Shown here in pieces: positions 16,563 to 25,435 of a DNA stretch of 51,471 nt. Positions within the stretch are counted from its first letter, which is position 1, and each line of letters begins with the position of its first letter. Source of the stretch: Candidatus Staskawiczbacteria bacterium RIFCSPLOWO2_01_FULL_38_12b (GTDB lineage Bacteria > Patescibacteriota > Minisyncoccia > Minisyncoccales > Staskawiczbacteraceae). The notes beneath the pieces are model-generated. The model did no database searches. It saw only the letters and a program-made list of their open reading frames with translations, and was not told the DNA's origin. Position numbers and translations under genes: made by a program. The stretch lies in the NCBI GenBank assembly GCA_001820255.1, contig MHPA01000016.1, forward strand, positions 7,288-58,758, read 5' to 3'.

Positions 16563-17306
16563 ATGACATACCCAAACCATGTGGATAAAGTAAAAACATT
16601 ATTATTGGAATTACTTTTTCCTTCTTTTTGTTTGGGATGCCAAAAAGAAGGCACTTATCTTTGCCTGGATTGCAAATCTGTTTTGGAAATTTCGGAATTT
16701 AATTATTGCTTATGCAATAAAAATCCTCTGCGCCTGCCCAATGACAGCAACCATGGCAAGTGCCAAAGATGCCAGGATAAAAAGTTATCCGGCTTGTATT
16801 TTGCCTTGCCCTACAAAGAAAAGTTCCTTACCAGAAAATTAGTGCGCCAGTTTAAATATTCGCCGCACATAAAAGCTTTAGCAAAACCTCTGGCCGGTAT
16901 TTTACTGGAACACTTTATAATAACCGGCAAAAATACCAACGAAATTTGGAATAATAGCCTTTTAGTACCGGTTCCTATGGAAATAAAAAAATTAAAAAGC
17001 CGCGGATACAATCAGGCAGAGGGGTTAGGAAAAGAGCTAGGACATATGGTAGATGTCCCATTGGTTTTGGATAATTTAGTTAAAATAAAAAAGACCTTGC
17101 CTCAAATGGAACTTTCGGCAAAAGAACGGATGCAAAATGTAAAAAACGCTTTTTTGGTAAAAAATCCCAAGGAAATTTCCGGCAAAAAAATATTTTTGAT
17201 TGACGACGTCTATACTACCGGATCCACCATGGAAGAATGCGCCGGCGTCCTGCGGGACGCCGGCGCCAAATCCGTCTTTGGAATTGCCATCGCCCGAGAG
17301 GGCTAA
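16563..17306 (+). CDS. comF: ComF-family protein (phosphoribosyltransferase domain, competence-associated)
   Basis: N-terminal Cys-rich zinc motif (CLGC...CLDC...C..C), LVPVP, and the PRT motif IFLIDDVYTTGST. It is divergent from pilM. Confidence 0.85.
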   Translation: MTYPNHVDKVKTLLLELLFPSFCLGCQKEGTYLCLDCKSVLEISEFNYCLCNKNPLRLPNDSNHGKCQRCQDKKLSGLYFALPYKEKFLTRKLVRQFKYSPHIKALAKPLAGILLEHFIITGKNTNEIWNNSLLVPVPMEIKKLKSRGYNQAEGLGKELGHMVDVPLVLDNLVKIKKTLPQMELSAKERMQNVKNAFLVKNPKEISGKKIFLIDDVYTTGSTMEECAGVLRDAGAKSVFGIAIAREG

Positions 17307-17334
17307 TAACAAACCTTATTAAGTGACAAGTCTA

Positions 17335-18906
17335 CTAAAGATCGTTTCCCGAATAAGACAAATTAAAACTTTTGTTAATTAAAGGAAAATCCGGCACCAC
17401 ATTTAAAGGACCAGCTTCTCCAACCAAGGACCAATTTAAAAATGACGGATCACAGGGCGCAACCCTGCTTATGTTCCCCGCCAAGTCAGTGGTGATAACA
17501 TATATTATTTGACCTCTCCATCCTTCAACCATGCCAATGGCCAGGGCATTTTTTTTAAATACCGTGGTATTGCGAGGGGTCAAGATGGGGCCCTTCGGTA
17601 ATTTAGTTAATGCATTTTGAATAAGGTTCATTGAAGCATAGACTTCTTTAACACGGACCCGAAATCGGGCATACACATCACCGCCCGACTCAGTTTCGAT
17701 GGTATTAAAACCTAATTCATCATAGGCCGCATAGGGAAAATCAACACGTATATCGCTCAAAATGCCCACTGCTTTGGCGGCAACCCCCAGGGCGCCGTAA
17801 TCTTTAGCGGTTTTTGGCAAAAGCACGCCGGTGCCTTTTAATCGATTTAAAAGCGAGGCGCTATTTTGGGCAATTGCAATGATTTCAAAAAAATCTTTTT
17901 GTATCTTTTCAAGGTCTTTGCCTAAAACAATTATTTCTTTGGCATTAATGTCTTTGGTAACTCCTCCAATAGTGTTTACATTGCGCAAAAATCGGCTTTT
18001 GGTCAGCCTTTCATTAATTTGCATGATCATTTCTCGTAACCTTGCCCCATTTGCACCGCCAAAATTAAATCCCGTATCAATCATGATGGCGCCAATATCG
18101 CCAAAATGGTTTGCCAGCCTTTCTAATTCTGCATATATAACGCGTAAATAAAGAGCACGTTTTGGAGGCAAAGCATCGCTTAATTGTTCTGCCGCTTGGC
18201 AAAAAGCCAATGAATGGCTAAACGAACTATCACCGGAAATTTTCTCACAAAGACGTAATTTATTACTAAGGGGAAGCGTTTCAAATAACTTTTCACTGCC
18301 TTTATGGACAAATCCAAGTTTTGCTTCCAAGAGCATAATTTCTTCTCCAGCCACGCTAAACCTAAAGTGGCCCGGCTCTATGATTCCCGCATGGATCGGG
18401 CCGACGGGAATTTCATATATCCCTTCACCCTCAACTTTTTGGAATTGATAAGTTCCATGGATTTCTTTTACTTTTGTCTGCCAGTCAAAATCCTTTCTTA
18501 ATGGGAATAGATTAGCCGGCCAGTTTTCATGCAAAATGATGGGTCGCAGGTCGGGATGCAAAACAGGAGTGAGGCCAAAAAAAGTGTGTATCTTTTTTTC
18601 AAAATTACAAGCGCTATGGATAGCCGGGGTCAGTGAAGGAAATGTAACGGTATTTTGCAGACGAATAAAAGGCACCACAAACATATTTTTTTTTGAAATG
18701 CCAAACACATACCAAATTTTAAACCCCTCTTTTTCTGCTCTTTCGTCAGTTGCGGTGATTAGGTGCAGTGGCAGGTTTTTATTAGCATGCAAATTAGTTG
18801 CGATTTCTTTGATATGCAAAGCTGGCACTTCAAAGAAAGCGATATTGCCGCAAATTTCAACTTTTACGTTTTTGGGGAGGTATTGTTGTATGTCTTCTAT
18901 ATTCAT
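17335..18906 (-). CDS. Fused NuoC-like / [NiFe]-hydrogenase large-subunit-like protein (HycE/HyfG/NuoD family) lacking all four metal-binding Cys
   Basis: The N-terminal 30-kDa (NuoC) domain is followed by YEIPVGPIHAGIIEPGHFRF. The L1 position reads EKISGDSSFSHS instead of ERxCGxCSxxHS. The C-terminus reads SFNLSYSGNDL instead of S.DPCxxCxDR. Start chosen at the Met at 18906, because the track start overlaps the upstream gene. Confidence 0.85.
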   Translation of the reverse strand: MNIEDIQQYLPKNVKVEICGNIAFFEVPALHIKEIATNLHANKNLPLHLITATDERAEKEGFKIWYVFGISKKNMFVVPFIRLQNTVTFPSLTPAIHSACNFEKKIHTFFGLTPVLHPDLRPIILHENWPANLFPLRKDFDWQTKVKEIHGTYQFQKVEGEGIYEIPVGPIHAGIIEPGHFRFSVAGEEIMLLEAKLGFVHKGSEKLFETLPLSNKLRLCEKISGDSSFSHSLAFCQAAEQLSDALPPKRALYLRVIYAELERLANHFGDIGAIMIDTGFNFGGANGARLREMIMQINERLTKSRFLRNVNTIGGVTKDINAKEIIVLGKDLEKIQKDFFEIIAIAQNSASLLNRLKGTGVLLPKTAKDYGALGVAAKAVGILSDIRVDFPYAAYDELGFNTIETESGGDVYARFRVRVKEVYASMNLIQNALTKLPKGPILTPRNTTVFKKNALAIGMVEGWRGQIIYVITTDLAGNISRVAPCDPSFLNWSLVGEAGPLNVVPDFPLINKSFNLSYSGNDL

Positions 18907-18920
18907 AATGATGGGTACGT

Positions 18921-20390
18921 TTAATAATGCGCAGCGATATTGCCAAGCAATGTATATAAAAATGGCGGAATGTAAAAACTCAAACATAACACCAAAATAA
19001 TAAGCATGGCAGGGGGAAGCAAGAGCCAAATACTTTCTTTTTCTGTTTTCATATCGGCGGGAGCCTGTCCAAACACCATGGCGCTGGCGTGTTTTAAAAA
19101 GCCGATAAATAAAATCGTCATCAATACTATAATCGTAACAACGATAAAAAGATGGTTTTTGATGCCGGCAGAAAGAATGAATAGTTTAGTAAAAAATATT
19201 CCAAATGGAGGCGCACCGGTTATGGCAAAAAATCCGGTCAAAAAGAGTGCCGCCGTAATGGGAATAGTACTCATCGCCCCTTTGACATTGGCGATTTTGG
19301 CAGAATGATATTTAAGAAGCAGATTCCCTGATGAGAAAAAAAGCGCCGATTTAATAAAAGAATGGTATATCATGTGAAGCATGGCCGCAAAAATACCCAA
19401 TCCCCCAAACCCAAAACCAAGAGCCATGATTCCCGCATTTTCAATGCTTGAGTAAGCCAATACCCTCTTGTAATTCCTGGCAACAAAGATAATGGCCGCG
19501 GCAATGGCTACTGACAGCAAACCAAACGCCATAAATAAATTTTGGCTAAATGACGGCCCTGCCACCGCATCGGTTATTATTTTAAATTTCAAAATAATGG
19601 CAAAAGCAACCGGCAATAAGGCTCCCGAAAATAATGCGCCAATAGGAGCAGGTGTTTTACTGTAAGCATCCGGTTTCCAGGTATGCATTGGAGCAAATCC
19701 CACTTTAGTTCCATAACCCACAAAGACAAAGATAAAAGCCACTTTAATAACCAAAGGGTCAAGGCTGGCGGCATTTGCGGCAAGCGCCTGCCAGCTGACA
19801 AGCTCGTTTGCGGGAAACAAATTAGCGGCGGGAAAAAACAACAACGTCCCAAAAAATGCCAGCAGTATGCCAACAGAATTGATGATTAAATATTTCCATG
19901 CGCCTTCAATAGCGGAGGGCTTATTATAAAAACTGATTAAAAACGCTGTAGAAAGGGTGGTAGCTTCAATAAAAATCCAAGCAAATATGGGGCTGGAAAC
20001 GGTAATAGCCAAAAACATCATCGCCATAAAAAGATTCAATAAAATAAAGTATTCCCTTACCCTTGACTGCAGATGGCTTACCCCTGAAAATCCGATGATA
20101 TTTTTAGCGGTTTCTTGGCGAAGGTACTCAATAGAATACACGGTCGCAGCAAAACCGACAAACGCAATAATAAGCATCACCACGGCTGCCAGCGCATCCA
20201 CAGAAAAAAATGAAGAATCGTACGTGCCAAAACGGGCAACCTGAAAAGAAATACTCATTGACGCCAATAATGCAACGCCCGAAGCAATCAGCGAAGAGAT
20301 TTCAATAACCCTTCTATGCCCAGACAAAAGGCACAGCAGTGTTGCGATAAAAAAAGAAATAAAAATAAATAGTAATTCTGTATTGTACAT
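18921..20390 (-). CDS. Proton-conducting antiporter-like subunit (HyfF / NuoN / MrpD family)
   Basis: 489 aa, about 14 TM segments, with the motifs GAPPFGIFFTKL and MHTWKPDAY typical of NuoM/N/Mrp-type subunits. Confidence 0.85.
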   Translation of the reverse strand: MYNTELLFIFISFFIATLLCLLSGHRRVIEISSLIASGVALLASMSISFQVARFGTYDSSFFSVDALAAVVMLIIAFVGFAATVYSIEYLRQETAKNIIGFSGVSHLQSRVREYFILLNLFMAMMFLAITVSSPIFAWIFIEATTLSTAFLISFYNKPSAIEGAWKYLIINSVGILLAFFGTLLFFPAANLFPANELVSWQALAANAASLDPLVIKVAFIFVFVGYGTKVGFAPMHTWKPDAYSKTPAPIGALFSGALLPVAFAIILKFKIITDAVAGPSFSQNLFMAFGLLSVAIAAAIIFVARNYKRVLAYSSIENAGIMALGFGFGGLGIFAAMLHMIYHSFIKSALFFSSGNLLLKYHSAKIANVKGAMSTIPITAALFLTGFFAITGAPPFGIFFTKLFILSAGIKNHLFIVVTIIVLMTILFIGFLKHASAMVFGQAPADMKTEKESIWLLLPPAMLIILVLCLSFYIPPFLYTLLGNIAAHY

Positions 20391-20415
20391 ATAGTTTACT
20401 TTAAATTACTTCAAA

Positions 20416-21063
20416 CTAATCTTTTAATTTCCTCATATCGGTGACATCAAGCGATCCAAAATGCTGGTAAATCATTGATACAAACATGGTGGCGATAATG
20501 AGCCAGATAGAAATATCAAACAGAATGCCAATCTGCAAGCTGGGCGATTGTTCCAGTCCGGCAAAAATAGCAAAAGCCACAATACTGTTTTCCAGCGAAA
20601 GAATACCGATGATTTGCGATAGTGCGCTTTTACGGTTGATAATCAAAAAAAGTGATAAAAAAATCATAGAAAGCGCCAGCGAAAGCAACATTTCATGAGC
20701 AGGAATAATACTGGTAAGCGGTGCGAATCTATAAGAATGGGCTATGGCGGCAAGCATGGCTAAAATCGCAAGCGTAATAGGAGTATTTAAATAGGTGCTT
20801 GCGGAAAATATCAATTCATTTTTTTTAATTAATCTGATAAAAAATCCTGGCGCCAAAATTACCTTGACGGTAAATACCAACAAAGCAATAAACAACAGCG
20901 AAATATAACCGGTTTCAAAAAAGGAATTAAGCAACAGTATCACGATGGTAAAAGACTGGACTGCGTATGCAAAAACCGCATCAAGGTTCTTTTTTGAAAT
21001 ATGCAAAAAGACAATGGTTAAAAAAATGATTTGCAATAAAAATTGTAAAAATAAAATATTCAT
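20416..21063 (-). CDS. Hydrogenase-4 component E-like small membrane subunit (HyfE / NuoK-related)
   Basis: 215 aa, about 7 TM segments, sitting between the HyfC-like and HyfF-like genes as in hyf operons. Confidence 0.65.
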   Translation of the reverse strand: MNILFLQFLLQIIFLTIVFLHISKKNLDAVFAYAVQSFTIVILLLNSFFETGYISLLFIALLVFTVKVILAPGFFIRLIKKNELIFSASTYLNTPITLAILAMLAAIAHSYRFAPLTSIIPAHEMLLSLALSMIFLSLFLIINRKSALSQIIGILSLENSIVAFAIFAGLEQSPSLQIGILFDISIWLIIATMFVSMIYQHFGSLDVTDMRKLKD

Positions 21064-21076
21064 TTAACAAATAGAA

Positions 21077-22009
21077 TTAATGTATCAGAATAATAGCCAC
21101 GACGTTAAAAATAAAAGCAATAATTAAAAGATCGGGCAAGCGAAAAAATCGAAACTTGGCGATACTCGATTCTAATACGGCAATCACCAAGCAAAAAATA
21201 ACTATTTTTATCATAAAAATAACCATGCCCAGCATAACTGCACTAATACCGGCACTTTGGGCTATACCCAAAGGAAAAAACAGATTGGAGGCTAAGGCGA
21301 TAAAAATAAGAAGTTTGTTGGCCGACGCCCATTCCATAAGCGCTAATTTTTTCCCTGAATACTCTAAAATCATCGCTTCATGGATCATGGTCAACTCCAA
21401 ATGGGTGGCCGGATTATCAAAAGGGAAACGGGCGGTTTCAGCTAGTAATACTATAAAAAACCCGAAAAAGGCAAGGGTGCCGGAAAGCAAATATTGGCTC
21501 TGGTAAAGTAAGCCGGTTTGGGAAATGGTAAACACATTAGTACTACCGCTAATAAGCGCGACCGTTAATAGTGAAAAAATAAATCCTCCTTCTGCCAAAG
21601 CAGCTACCGTCATTTCGCGGCTTGAGCCAAATCCCCCAAATGCACTGCCGGTATCAATCCCCGCCAGTGCCAAAAAGAATGTGCCAATGGCAAGGGTGTA
21701 TATGATAATCAACAAGTCCCCGGTAACAGTATTATTAATAAATGATGCAAAAAGCGGAATGCTTGCCCCTATGATAATGGTTACGGTAAAAACAATATAG
21801 GGTGCGCATCGGAAAATCCACGAAGCATCTTTGCTTATTACTTCATCTTTATGGAAAAGTTTCCATAAATCCTGGTATGGCTGGAAAATTCCGGCTCCTT
21901 GGCGATTTTGAAGTTTGGCTTTTATTTTTCTGATAATGCCAACACAAAGCGGCGCCACGGCTGGCACCAATATAATTTGAATTATCCAAATAATAATATC
22001 AATAAACAT
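21077..22009 (-). CDS. NuoH / HycD / HyfC-family membrane subunit
   Basis: 310 aa. RFPFDNPATHLELTMIHEAMILEYSG matches the conserved NuoH/HycD loop (PFD..E.E.EL..G...EYSG). Confidence 0.85.
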   Translation of the reverse strand: MFIDIIIWIIQIILVPAVAPLCVGIIRKIKAKLQNRQGAGIFQPYQDLWKLFHKDEVISKDASWIFRCAPYIVFTVTIIIGASIPLFASFINNTVTGDLLIIIYTLAIGTFFLALAGIDTGSAFGGFGSSREMTVAALAEGGFIFSLLTVALISGSTNVFTISQTGLLYQSQYLLSGTLAFFGFFIVLLAETARFPFDNPATHLELTMIHEAMILEYSGKKLALMEWASANKLLIFIALASNLFFPLGIAQSAGISAVMLGMVIFMIKIVIFCLVIAVLESSIAKFRFFRLPDLLIIAFIFNVVAIILIH

Positions 22010-22011
22010 GG

Positions 22012-24060
22012 TTATAATACAAAAAGCAATGAGATTATTAGGGCAATAAAAATATAAAGAATATACATATTGGTATTGCCACTTTGAATGCTTTTCACCC
22101 GTAAAGCTATGAGGCTAACCATTCGGTTAAGCGGTTGGTAAAAATAAGACTGATAGACATCTTGGACTCCCAAAGTAATGGTACGGGACTTTGGCAAATA
22201 CCGGCTTTGCGCATCATGGTATTCAATGTCATGTTGGATGCTAGGCCTTAAAATACCCTTAAAAATAGTAACAATTGAGCGGGAGAATCCCGTAGCGGTT
22301 ATTTCCATGCGGCCGGTTAAATCAGTTCCGCAATCCCAGGTCGCTCCAGTTTCAATTTTTTGATTTTTATTAATAACAAATGTAACAATATAAAACACCA
22401 AGCCGGCCACAAACACAAAACATATACATAAAAAAAGTAAAGAAACAGATCCAAAATTATTCCCCACGACAACCTGTTGGCCGGATGATGAGATTAAAGA
22501 AGCGGTACCTTTAAAAATAGCAAGGTTTTTCCCGACGCTTTCCAAAAACACCACTACATGTGAAGATCCTATTCCAAACAGAAGGCATAGCAGTGCCATT
22601 GCACCCATCCCAATACGCAAAGAAAGGGAAGATTCTTTAGCGCCGCTTGTGTGACTGCTTCTTGGGCGGGCTAAAAATGTCACCCCGAAAGCTTTGACAA
22701 AACAAGCTAGCGCCAATCCGCCGGTAAATGCCAGTGAGCCGGCAGCCAAAATAAAAATCCATTTTTCATACAAAGATAATGATGCTATCCCCAAAAAAAG
22801 CGACTGAAAGGTTAGCCATTCACTGAAAAATCCATTAAAGGGAGGAAGCGCAGATATTGCCATGGATCCGACAAGAAAAAAGAATGCGGTGTAGGGCATA
22901 TATTTAATAAGGCCTCCATATTCTTCTATGTTGCGTGTATGCGTTTGATTAATAACGGAACCGGCGCCCAAAAAAAGCAGGGATTTAAACGTGGCGTGAT
23001 TTAAGGTGTGGAAAAGCGCGGCAGTAAGGCTTAAAAGCGCCAGCGGCAACATATTAAGCGACAAAAAAGTCAGCGCACCGCCAAGCCCCAGCAAAATAAT
23101 GCCGATATTTTCTATGCTGTGGTAGGCCAACAGCCTTTTTATGTCATGTTCGGTAAGCGCATACAGCACTCCCAGCAAAGAAGATATTGAACCCAAAACA
23201 AGCAACGCAAGCCCCCACCACACCGGAACCGGCCAAAGCATGCCAAAGAAAATCCTGATCATCATATAAATGCCGGTTTTAATCATTACGCCAGACATTA
23301 ATGCCGAAACATGCGAAGGGGCGGCCGGATGGGCATCGGGAAGCCAAATATGAAACGGGACAATACCGCATTTTGTGCCAAAACCAATAATAGTGAAAAT
23401 AAAAATCGTATTTTTTATGGATAAGGGAATAGAAGAAGCGCCAGATTGTATAGCCTCAAATTCAAACGAACCGGTAAATTTATATAACAATAAAGCGGCG
23501 GTTATAATAAAAGCCGTGCCGACATGAGTCATAATGAGATATAAAAAACCGGCTTTCACGTTTTGCGGGTCGTTACGATCGTAGACCACTAAAAAATATG
23601 ACGTAATAGACATGACCTCCCAAGCAATCAGAAAAAAGAGCCAATTTGAAGAAGATACCACTAAAAGCATTCCTAAAATAAACAGGTTATAAAAAAATCC
23701 GAGAGCGCCAATATCATACTTTTTATAAAAATGCTTCACGTATCCGATAGCATACACAGAACAAAAAAGAGAAATTAATGAAATAATAAAAATAAAAAAG
23801 GCGGACAACTTGTCGATATGAAAAGATAACGAAAAAAACGGCACAGCAAATGCGCCCAAAGAAAAAGACAAGTCATCGCCGCCAGACGCCATTAACGCTA
23901 CAAAAAAAAGTCCAGAGAGGGATCCCAATATAGCAAAAAAATGACTCCAAATATTGGCAAACGTATCGTGCTTTCTCAATAATAAAGCTCCGATACCTCC
24001 TATGGCAAAAAATGATAATACTGCGACAAAAGTTATTTGAGAAATAATACTATTTATCAT
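22012..24060 (-). CDS. NuoL / HyfB / HycC-family antiporter-like subunit
   Basis: 682 aa, more than 15 TM segments, with FHIWLPDAHPAAPSHVSALMSGVMIKTGIY and HTLNHATFKSLLFLGAGSV motifs. Confidence 0.85.
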   Translation of the reverse strand: MINSIISQITFVAVLSFFAIGGIGALLLRKHDTFANIWSHFFAILGSLSGLFFVALMASGGDDLSFSLGAFAVPFFSLSFHIDKLSAFFIFIISLISLFCSVYAIGYVKHFYKKYDIGALGFFYNLFILGMLLVVSSSNWLFFLIAWEVMSITSYFLVVYDRNDPQNVKAGFLYLIMTHVGTAFIITAALLLYKFTGSFEFEAIQSGASSIPLSIKNTIFIFTIIGFGTKCGIVPFHIWLPDAHPAAPSHVSALMSGVMIKTGIYMMIRIFFGMLWPVPVWWGLALLVLGSISSLLGVLYALTEHDIKRLLAYHSIENIGIILLGLGGALTFLSLNMLPLALLSLTAALFHTLNHATFKSLLFLGAGSVINQTHTRNIEEYGGLIKYMPYTAFFFLVGSMAISALPPFNGFFSEWLTFQSLFLGIASLSLYEKWIFILAAGSLAFTGGLALACFVKAFGVTFLARPRSSHTSGAKESSLSLRIGMGAMALLCLLFGIGSSHVVVFLESVGKNLAIFKGTASLISSSGQQVVVGNNFGSVSLLFLCICFVFVAGLVFYIVTFVINKNQKIETGATWDCGTDLTGRMEITATGFSRSIVTIFKGILRPSIQHDIEYHDAQSRYLPKSRTITLGVQDVYQSYFYQPLNRMVSLIALRVKSIQSGNTNMYILYIFIALIISLLFVL

Positions 24061-24217
24061 ACCTCTAAGAAACTGTTTAGTAACCCCATATTTGCGCTAA
24101 AGTTATTTTTCCCGGCTGCAAATTTGCTGTCATTCGTCGGCTTGCCACACGGGCAAACCTCCTTACGCTATCAAATTTTCGCTCAGGAAAAAAAACTTTA
24201 TCATCAAAAGAGGGTTA

Positions 24218-24745
24218 TTAAACAGTTTCTAATATTTCAAGAATATGTAAAAGTCCGTAAAGAATTGCTTTAGGGCTTGGCGGATCTCCCGGAATAGCAT
24301 AATCTACCGGTATCAGGGCATTGACTCCACCAACAACCGCATAAGAATTTTTATAGATACCGCCGTCTATGGCATCATCGCCAACCGCTACTACAATTTT
24401 TGGATTAGGGGTTGCTTGGTAAGCTCTTGTTAAAGCTTCTGCCATATTACAAGTTACCGGACCGGTTACCAAAAGCATATCCGCATGCCTTGGCGAAGCA
24501 ACAAAATGGATTCCAAAACGCTCAATATCATAAAAGGCATTGGAAAGAGCAACCAGTTCCTGTTCGCAAGCGTTATCGGAACCGGCATCTACTTGCCGTA
24601 TCGCCAAGGAACCCTTAAATAATTTCCTTACCTTTTGTTGTATTTTTTCACCGATAACGATAATTTCCGTTTGCTCTTTGGTAATCTCGGTTTTTGAAAT
24701 AGTGAGCCTTGGATTTTTTAGTATTTTTAAAAAAAGTTTAAACAT
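24218..24745 (-). CDS. NuoB / HycG-like small subunit with Fe-S ligands replaced (Cys to Asp at 3 of 4 positions)
   Basis: DIERFGIHFVASPRHADMLLVTGPVT is the NuoB/HycG core. The ligand positions read GSDNACE (canonical GSCNGCE), VGDDAIDGG (G.CA..GG) and IPGDPPSP (PGCPP.P). Confidence 0.85.
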   Translation of the reverse strand: MFKLFLKILKNPRLTISKTEITKEQTEIIVIGEKIQQKVRKLFKGSLAIRQVDAGSDNACEQELVALSNAFYDIERFGIHFVASPRHADMLLVTGPVTCNMAEALTRAYQATPNPKIVVAVGDDAIDGGIYKNSYAVVGGVNALIPVDYAIPGDPPSPKAILYGLLHILEILETV

Positions 24746-24863
24746 ACATTAATTTTTATAGCATCACAATAATGTCATAATAACAACAATTATAATACTC
24801 TAATAAACGTGATTTTGCAAATTAATAAGAAAAAAACCTGAAACTGATTTCAGATTTTTCTAT

Positions 24864-24951
24864 TGGCGGAGAGGGTGGGATTTGAACCCACGAGACTCGT
24901 AAGAGTCGCGGTTTTCAAGACCGCTCCGTTAAGCCGCTCCGGCACCTCTCC
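24864..24951 (-). tRNA. tRNA-Ser (anticodon TGA), CCA encoded
   Basis: Manual fold of the reverse complement: acceptor GGAGAGG/CCTCTCC, anticodon stem GCGGT/ACCGC with loop CTTGAAA, long variable arm GACTCTTACGAGTC, T arm GTGGG-TTCAAAT-CCCAC, then GCCA. Confidence 0.9.
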
Positions 24952-25021
24952 AATCAAGATACTACCATACTAGTTACCATTTTTCAAATTTGCAGTAAAT
25001 TCTTAATACGCAACAGGTCTT

Positions 25022-25435
25022 TTGATGAGGGTTTCAGTTTCAAGAATAAAAATCGTAATATTTTGTAATGAAAAACTAGGATTAAAAACAGGTAATAAAG
25101 TCAAACAACAAGTTGATATCCCAAATTGGATTAAAGGTAACCTAGAATTTGAAAAAGCATGTATGCGAGGCTTAATGGATACTGATGGATGCGTTTTCCA
25201 TGAATGCCATAATATAAAAGGCAAAAAATATTGTTATCCAAGGCTTTCTTTTGTGACAGCCTCAATACCTTTACGAAATTCTGTTGTTGGAATCTTGCAA
25301 AAATTACATTTGAACCCCAAGATTAGAGGCACCAATCAAAGGTATGTACAAATAGAAGAAAAAGAAAAAATCAAAGAATATTTCAAGTTGATTGGAAGTA
25401 GTAATCCTAAACACTTGAATAAATTGAATTTTTGA
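25022..25435 (+). pseudogene. LAGLIDADG homing-endonuclease remnant (C-terminal half only)
   Basis: IPNWIKGNLEFEKACMRGLMDTDGCVFH carries a LAGLIDADG-type motif (GLMDTDG) about 50 aa into a 137-aa TTG-start ORF. No first-domain sequence is present. An in-frame stop lies at 25004-25006, just upstream. Confidence 0.6.

Noticed and set aside
18907-19029. Upstream extension of the hydrogenase-like large-subunit ORF
   Set aside because: It overlaps the 3' end of the HyfF-like gene by more than 100 nt in another frame. MNIEDIQQYLP at 18906 gives a 14-nt spacer and a normal NuoC-domain start.
17335-24745. Calling the cluster a functional formate-hydrogenlyase / hydrogenase-4
   Set aside because: The catalytic Cys ligands are absent from the large subunit and 3 of 4 Fe-S ligands are absent from the small subunit. 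No HycF/HyfH/HyfA ferredoxin, FDH or hyp genes are present. Only the family relationship is supported.
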